Shown one piece after another: positions 58,959 through 64,000 of a stretch of DNA of 64,000 bases. The notes under the pieces were generated by a model. That model saw only the letters and a program-made list of their open reading frames with translations. It made no database searches and had not been told where the DNA came from. Source of the DNA: Chthoniobacterales bacterium. GTDB lineage: Bacteria; Verrucomicrobiota; Verrucomicrobiia; Chthoniobacterales; Chthoniobacteraceae. Where the stretch lies: contig JBBRXP010000001.1 of assembly GCA_038238555.1 (NCBI GenBank), positions 2,217-66,216 on the forward strand, read 5' to 3'. The position numbers and the translations under genes were made by a program. Within the stretch, counting starts at the first letter, position 1. Each line of letters begins with the position of its first letter.

Positions 58959-60323
58959 ATGAAAGCACCATCAAAAACATTGCAATTCATCGCGGCCGCA
59001 TTTGCCGGCCTCGCGATGTCTACCACAACGGCACTCGCCGCGGACCACGGCGACGGTCCCACAGTCGGATCGGATCAAGGCGCGGATCTCGCCGACCTGT
59101 ATGCGTTCCTCGATCCGACCGACAACGACAAGACCGTCCTCATCCTTACAGTCCGCGGCTTCATCGTGCCCGGGGAGGCAAACAACTTCGGGCTGTTCGA
59201 CGAAGTCGTGCGCTACACCCTCCAGATCGAGAACACGGGCGACGCAATCCCGGACATGTTCATCGACATCAATTTCAACCAGCGCCAGAGCCCGCCCGCC
59301 GCGGTGGACATCGTCGGCTTCAAGGGCCGGCCGCGCACCAACCAGGATGCCACCATCAGCTTCCGCGGGCGCGTGCCCGCGAAATTTGCGGGAGTCAACG
59401 GCCAGTCCACGGCGCCGGTGACACAGCCTACGCTCGCAAGCGCGCCCAATCCGCCGGTCCTCACCTCGCTCACGAATCGAAAGGGCGTCGCGCTCGGCAT
59501 CAATTTCTTTGCTGGCGAACGTGACGATCCCTTCTTCTTCGACCTCCCTGGATTCAACCGCTTCGTCAGCTCCGTGCTCAGTCTTCCGCCGGCTCCCGAT
59601 CCCACCCAGCTCCAGCGCGGGCGCGATACCTTCGCAGGCTACAACATCATGGTCATCGCGCTGGAACTTGCGTCGGCGGATCTCAAGACAACCATCCCGG
59701 CGTCGAGCCGCTTCACGCCGCCGACTCGGATCGGCGTCAGCGCCTCGACGGCGCGGCGGGTGGAGCACACCATCTTTGGCAACAAGATTCCCACGGGCGG
59801 ATACTATCAGGTCGATCGCGAAGGCGTTCCCGGCATCAACGCCGTCATCGTTCCATACAACTTTAAGAACGCTTACAACGGCGGACAGCCCATCGACGAT
59901 GCGCGGGGAAAATTTTTCGGCGCCATCGTCGGCACCCTGGCCACACCGGGCACGTTGCTGAAACTGGGTGTCGGCCCCGCGAGCCTCGTCACGCTGGAGT
60001 CGGTTTTCGGACTCCCGCCCGTCTTCCCGATCCCGCGCGGCGGCGCGCTGGGCACGGGCGACATGCTGCGGCTCGAGACCAACAAAGTGACCGCGCCCAA
60101 CACTGGCCTCGGCGGCGGCACTGGCGCCAATGGCTTTCCAAACGGGCGGCGCGTCCAGGACGACGTGATCGACACTCTCGTGAACTTGGTTACCAACGGC
60201 GGCATCACGAGCGGCGACAACGTGAACGGCAACGACCAAACCTTCGGCGACACCTTCCCCTTTGTGGCACCGCCGCAGCAGCCGCGCGCACCCGGCGTGC
60301 TGGACGACAACACGCGCAACTAA
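58959..60323 (+). CDS. DUF4331 domain protein (secreted)
   Basis: It has a signal peptide. ADHGDGPTVGSDQGADLADLYAF, GERDDPFFFDL and GFPNGRRVQDDVID are DUF4331-typical blocks. Confidence 0.85.
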   Translation: MKAPSKTLQFIAAAFAGLAMSTTTALAADHGDGPTVGSDQGADLADLYAFLDPTDNDKTVLILTVRGFIVPGEANNFGLFDEVVRYTLQIENTGDAIPDMFIDINFNQRQSPPAAVDIVGFKGRPRTNQDATISFRGRVPAKFAGVNGQSTAPVTQPTLASAPNPPVLTSLTNRKGVALGINFFAGERDDPFFFDLPGFNRFVSSVLSLPPAPDPTQLQRGRDTFAGYNIMVIALELASADLKTTIPASSRFTPPTRIGVSASTARRVEHTIFGNKIPTGGYYQVDREGVPGINAVIVPYNFKNAYNGGQPIDDARGKFFGAIVGTLATPGTLLKLGVGPASLVTLESVFGLPPVFPIPRGGALGTGDMLRLETNKVTAPNTGLGGGTGANGFPNGRRVQDDVIDTLVNLVTNGGITSGDNVNGNDQTFGDTFPFVAPPQQPRAPGVLDDNTRN

Positions 60324-60349
60324 TCGCGCGGCGAACTTCCATCGAAGCC

Positions 60350-61589
60350 GTGCCGGTTCCCTCCCAAGGCCGGCACGGCTTTTTGCTGCGCGCGATCGCG
60401 CTCGGCGCGCTGCTCTCGGCCGCGGCAATCGCGCCTGGCGCTGAGGACGCGGGTCTGCGTTTTTTCGAGGAGCGTGTGCGCGCCGATCCCGAGGACTTCA
60501 TCGCGCAGAATCAGCTCGCCGAGCGCTTCCTCGCGAAACTGCGCTCCACGGGCCGGCTGAAATGGCTCGCGCGGGCGCGCACGGCGGCGGAGGCGTCGCT
60601 CCATTCTGTGGCAGCGCCGGTGAACAGCGCGGGAGTATTGCTCAGCGCGCGCGTCGCACTCGCGAGCCATCGCTTTGTGAATGCGCGCGCACTTTCGCGG
60701 GAATATTGCCGCATCAAACCCGAACGACTCGAGGGCCTCCACGTGCTCTTCGATGCGGCGTTGGAAGTCGGCGACTACTCCGATGCGGCAAAGACCCTCG
60801 GCGAACTCGAGAAGATGGATCCGCATTCCGCCTACACCGCGAGTCGGCAGGCGCGGCTCGACTGGATTTTTGGAAAAGTGGATGAAGCAGCGAAACACTG
60901 GGACGAGGCGGTGGCCCACGCGCGCGGCGATGCGCGGGCGCCACCCGACCTCCTCGCCTGGTGCCTCACGCAGCGGGGCGAACTGGCCTTTCGCACCGGG
61001 CATCCCGACGATGCGCACACTGCGTATGCCGAAGCCGCGCGCCTGCTGCCGGGCGACTGGGGCGCCGCCGAGCATCTCGCCGAACTGCACGCCGCGCGCG
61101 GCGAATACGACCCGGCTCTCGCGCTCCTTCGCACCGCGATCGCGGCGACGGGACGCCCGGAACTCGAACAGGCTGCCGGCGACGTGGCCCTGGCGGCTGG
61201 CCGGCTCGACGAGGCCAGGGAATTCCACGACCACGCGCTGGCCGCGTATCGTGCATCCATCGAGCGTGGCGAAGCGCTCTACGTGCATCATCTCGCCGGC
61301 TTCCTCTGCGACGTGCGGCCCGATGCGGCCGAGGCCGTGCGACTCGCGCGCAGCGATCTCGAGGAGCGCCAGGGCATCCAGGCGCACGACGCGCTCGCTC
61401 GCTGGCCAGCATTCCGAAGCCGCCGAGGAAGCCGCCAAAGCGCTCGCCACCGGCGTCCGCGATGCGCACATCCTTTACCACGCTGGCATGATCTTCATGG
61501 GCGGCGGCGATCTCGGCCGCGGCAGCGCGCTCATCCGCGCCGCGAGCGAAGCGGACCCGCGCCACCAAAGTTTCCACTTTCACCGATGA
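60350..61589 (+). pseudogene. TPR-repeat protein interrupted by a +4 frameshift at a (CGCT)3 repeat
   Basis: Frame A (GTG 60350, signal peptide, TPR-like helices) is sensible up to ...IQAHDALA (61399), then turns Arg-rich. Frame B reads GQHSEAAEEAAKALATGVRDAHILYHAGMIFMGGGDLGRGSALIRAASEADP..* from 61404 to TGA 61589. Removing one CGCT unit (61392-61403) joins them seamlessly. Confidence 0.75.
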
Positions 61590-62707
61590 CTTCGCGAGTC
61601 CTGGCCTTGCTGCTCCTTGCGTCAGCGGCCGCGCGTGCGCACCCGGTCGCGCAGGGGACCATGGAATTCGACCTCCACGCCGATCGCATCGCCGTGCGTG
61701 CCCGCGTTTCAAATGAGGAGGTCTTCGTCGCGTCCGCATTCGCCGGAGCGAAAGCGCCAGAGCGGCTTGAAGACGCGTGGCGGGTGCACGGGGATTACCT
61801 TCTCGGGAAAGTGGAAATCTTCGCCGACGGCACGGTGCTCGCGGGCGTCGTCGAAAAAGTCACGCCGCCCGCCGACACGTCCGCGAGGGGTTTCGTAACC
61901 TACGACATCCGCTATCCGCTGCCCGCGGGCCGCGGCGCGTCCGAACTCATCGCGCGGCAGACACTGCTCCGCGAAATCGAATTTGCGCCCGGCAACCGCT
62001 GGGAGGCCACCTTCCTCGTGCGCGTGTCCCGCGACGGCGCGAGCCTCGGCGACGCGCAGCTCTTCACGCACCGCGAGCCATTGCGCATCCCGCTCGCGAC
62101 GGCTGCCGCGCCCGCGCCGCGGCACTCGGTGTTTCGCCAATATCTGCGCCACGGCGTCAATCACATTTTGGAAGGCTGGGATCACCTGCTCTTCATGGCC
62201 GCGCTGGTGGTGGCGACGCGCCGGCTTTGGGAACTCGTCGGCGTCGTCACCGCCTTCACGCTGGCCCACACCTTCACCCTCACGCTCTCGGTGCTCGACG
62301 TGGTCCGCCTTTCGCCGCGCATCGTCGAGCCGGTGATTGCCATCAGCATCATCGCCGTCGCCGCGCAGAATGTCCTGCGCCCCGCGGCCACGCACGGACC
62401 GCTGCGCCTCGCGCTCGCCTTCGGGTTCGGGCTTTTTCACGGGCTTGGGTTTGCGGGCGGATTGCTCGATGCCATGCAAGGCTTCACCGGCGTCTCCGTG
62501 GGCGAAGCGCTCGCGGGCTTCAGCATCGGCGTGGAACTCGGACACCAAGTGGTGGTGCTCCCTATTTTCTGCGTCATCGCCTCCGTGCGCGCTCTGCTCA
62601 AGCAGCCGGAAGCCCGCGAGCGTTTTTCCGTGTGCGCCATGCGCTACGCCTCGATCGCCATCGCCGCCGCCGGCACGTTCTATCTCGTGGCCGCGCTGCG
62701 CGGATGA
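61586..62707 (+). CDS. HupE/UreJ_2-type membrane protein with N-terminal periplasmic domain
   Basis: ATG 61586 overlaps the frame-B stop (ATGA) and gives the signal peptide MTSRVLALLLLASAAARA. GVNHILEGWDHLLFMAALVV is the signature. The C-terminal half is multi-TM. In the track this gene is fused to the TPR ORF (60350..62707). Confidence 0.8.
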   Translation: MTSRVLALLLLASAAARAHPVAQGTMEFDLHADRIAVRARVSNEEVFVASAFAGAKAPERLEDAWRVHGDYLLGKVEIFADGTVLAGVVEKVTPPADTSARGFVTYDIRYPLPAGRGASELIARQTLLREIEFAPGNRWEATFLVRVSRDGASLGDAQLFTHREPLRIPLATAAAPAPRHSVFRQYLRHGVNHILEGWDHLLFMAALVVATRRLWELVGVVTAFTLAHTFTLTLSVLDVVRLSPRIVEPVIAISIIAVAAQNVLRPAATHGPLRLALAFGFGLFHGLGFAGGLLDAMQGFTGVSVGEALAGFSIGVELGHQVVVLPIFCVIASVRALLKQPEARERFSVCAMRYASIAIAAAGTFYLVAALRG

Positions 62708-62720
62708 AAGCTCGTTACGG

Positions 62721-63551
62721 CTACGCGGCTTTGCGCTTCGACTTTGAAGGAGCGGACTTTTTCGAGCGCGTGCCGCTTTGTTTCTGAAGGCTCTCCTGCA
62801 ATACCGAGACGAGGTCGATCACGTTGGTCGCCTTGGCCGGGGTTTGTTTTTTGGCCGGCTTCAAATCCTTGCCTCCCGCGGCCACTTTCTCCTCGATGAC
62901 CTCCATGAGCGCCTCGCGGTATTCGTCTTTATAACTCTCCGGATTCCACTTTCCAGTCATGCTCCCAACGAGCTGTTTTGCCATCTCCATTTCCTTCTTC
63001 GCCAGCTTCACGTTGCCGGGCACGTCGAGCTCGGTGCTGTCGATGAGCTCGTTGTTAAAGTGCATGAGCTCGAGCACCAGCGCATCCTTTTGCGCCTTCA
63101 CCGCGGCCAGATGCTCACGGGTCTTGATGACGACTCGGGCGATCCCGACCTTGCCCGTCTCCCGCAGCACGTCGCGCAGGAGACCGTAGGCTTTGTCTCC
63201 GCCTTTCGAAGGCTCCATGTAGTAGGGCTTTGAAAAAAACATCGGATTGATTTCATCGAGTCCGACAAACTCCCGGATGTCCACCGTCTGCGTCGCCTCC
63301 ACATCCACTCGCGCAAAGTCCTCGTCCTTGAGCACCACGAACTTCCCTTTATCGTGTTCGTAGCCGCGCACGATGTCCTCCCATGCGACCTCCTTGCCGT
63401 CAGCCTCGGCCACGCGCTTGTTATTGATCGGGCTCAGGTCGGTCTTCCGCAAAAACTTGAACCGCAAGTCTTCGCTCTTCGTCGCCGGATAGAGCGTGAT
63501 CGGGATGTTGACCAGCCCGAAGCTGATCGCGCCTTTCCAAATCGGTCTCAT
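62721..63551 (-). CDS. ku: Non-homologous end-joining protein Ku
   Basis: MRPIWKGAISFGLVNIPITLYPATKSEDLRFKFL... is the canonical bacterial Ku N-terminus. It has a Lys-rich C-terminal tail. 276 aa. Confidence 0.9.
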   Translation of the reverse strand: MRPIWKGAISFGLVNIPITLYPATKSEDLRFKFLRKTDLSPINNKRVAEADGKEVAWEDIVRGYEHDKGKFVVLKDEDFARVDVEATQTVDIREFVGLDEINPMFFSKPYYMEPSKGGDKAYGLLRDVLRETGKVGIARVVIKTREHLAAVKAQKDALVLELMHFNNELIDSTELDVPGNVKLAKKEMEMAKQLVGSMTGKWNPESYKDEYREALMEVIEEKVAAGGKDLKPAKKQTPAKATNVIDLVSVLQESLQKQSGTRSKKSAPSKSKRKAA

Positions 63552-63564
63552 GGGAGCCGCGCGA

Positions 63565-63909
63565 TCAATGGAAAAGATCGCGCAGCTTGCGAGTCAGCCC
63601 CTTCACTTTGGAGTCGAGATGAAGGTCGTCGATTTCGTCGGAGCCATCTTCGACGAGGCTCGCGCCTTTTTTTGCAAGCGAACGCGCGCGGCGCGAGGCG
63701 GGCTCGGCGAGATTTTCGATGCGCTCGCGCAATTCATCGAGCAGCCGCGCGGCGCGCGCCTCGGGAGGACGATGGTGAAACCCGCGCACGAGCAGGCCCA
63801 ACAACAGTCCGGCGCCCACGGCACAAACAATGGAGCGCGTCGGGTTTTCTCTCACCGCGTCGTCCAAGCCTGAACAACAGGTGGAATTGAGGTCGTTGGA
63901 ATCGTTCAT
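63565..63909 (-). CDS. Small membrane protein, hypothetical (DUF883/ElaB-like helical region?)
   Basis: 114 aa. It has one TM helix (SIVCAVGAGLLLGLLV) followed by a charged helical region (LLDELRERIENLAEPASRRARSLAKK). The family assignment is uncertain. Confidence 0.45.
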   Translation of the reverse strand: MNDSNDLNSTCCSGLDDAVRENPTRSIVCAVGAGLLLGLLVRGFHHRPPEARAARLLDELRERIENLAEPASRRARSLAKKGASLVEDGSDEIDDLHLDSKVKGLTRKLRDLFH

Positions 63910-63914
63910 ATTAT

Positions 63915-64000
63915 TCAGCGATCGCCGGCTGATTTCGTGTTCACAAATTCCACCGCCTTCAACAGGCCGAAGAAAAGGAGAGCCGGGCGCGCCAGCGAAA
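63915..64000 (-). CDS. C-terminal end of a membrane protein whose start lies beyond the window end
   Basis: Own translation of the minus strand: ...SLARPALLFFGLLKAVEFVNTKSAGDR*, with TGA at 63915-63917. It is too short to classify. Confidence 0.35.
   Translation of the reverse strand, partial: SLARPALLFFGLLKAVEFVNTKSAGDR

Noticed and set aside
60350-62707. 785-aa ORF as a single TPR-HupE fusion protein
   Set aside because: Its middle about 70 aa are an Arg/Pro/Ser-rich nonsense stretch. An alternative frame gives a sensible TPR C-terminus ending in an ATGA overlap with a HupE-like gene that has its own signal peptide. It is better explained as a frameshifted TPR gene plus a separate downstream gene.

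Overview
High-GC (by eye roughly two-thirds G+C) chromosomal segment with a clear PVC-superphylum gene signature, most likely Verrucomicrobiota of the Opitutales type. This taxon call is inference from gene families, not a search. I called about 50 protein genes by recognising motifs in the supplied translations; no alignments were run. I see no rRNA, tRNA, CRISPR array, integrase or transposase.

Gene content, left to right:
- A translationally coupled exopolysaccharide operon (AsnB-like amidotransferase, three glycosyltransferases, an acetyltransferase).
- Two paralogous secreted 'dehydrogenase-propeller/HEAT' redox proteins, one ending in a cytochrome c domain and one in an azurin-like domain, plus a cytochrome-c/WD40 protein.
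- ribBA.
- Two DUF1549/DUF1553 (PSD1) + DUF1501 sets, one followed by a sulfatase.
- Gfo/Idh/MocA oxidoreductase, prmA, and a TonB receptor next to two HupE/UreJ genes.
- A GH18-like/CE4/GT2 triple-domain polysaccharide synthase.
- A broken adhesin locus with a PEP-CTERM gene.
- tatD, a VapBC pair, and the fabH-der-pgsA string.
- Two ParE-type toxin-antitoxin pairs, an orphan gspG, and an SPFH-HTH fusion.
- A DUF4331-TPR-HupE cluster, and ku.

I cannot point to a convincing new multi-gene system such as a defence island. The observations that stand out are:
1. Tandem arrays with a strict 7-nt period but different unit sequences. They sit exactly at gene junctions and lie in frame inside two large ORFs.
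2. A REP/MITE-like palindromic family built around GTAGCTGCGACGCCYTCGTCGCAGGAAGTGCC, at five intergenic loci.
3. A frameshift in the TPR gene that coincides with a (CGCT)3 repeat.
4. Sharp intragenic drops in GC and codon usage.
5. Several unusual domain fusions.

Most long ORFs in the track are antisense shadow ORFs typical of GC-rich DNA, and I rejected them.
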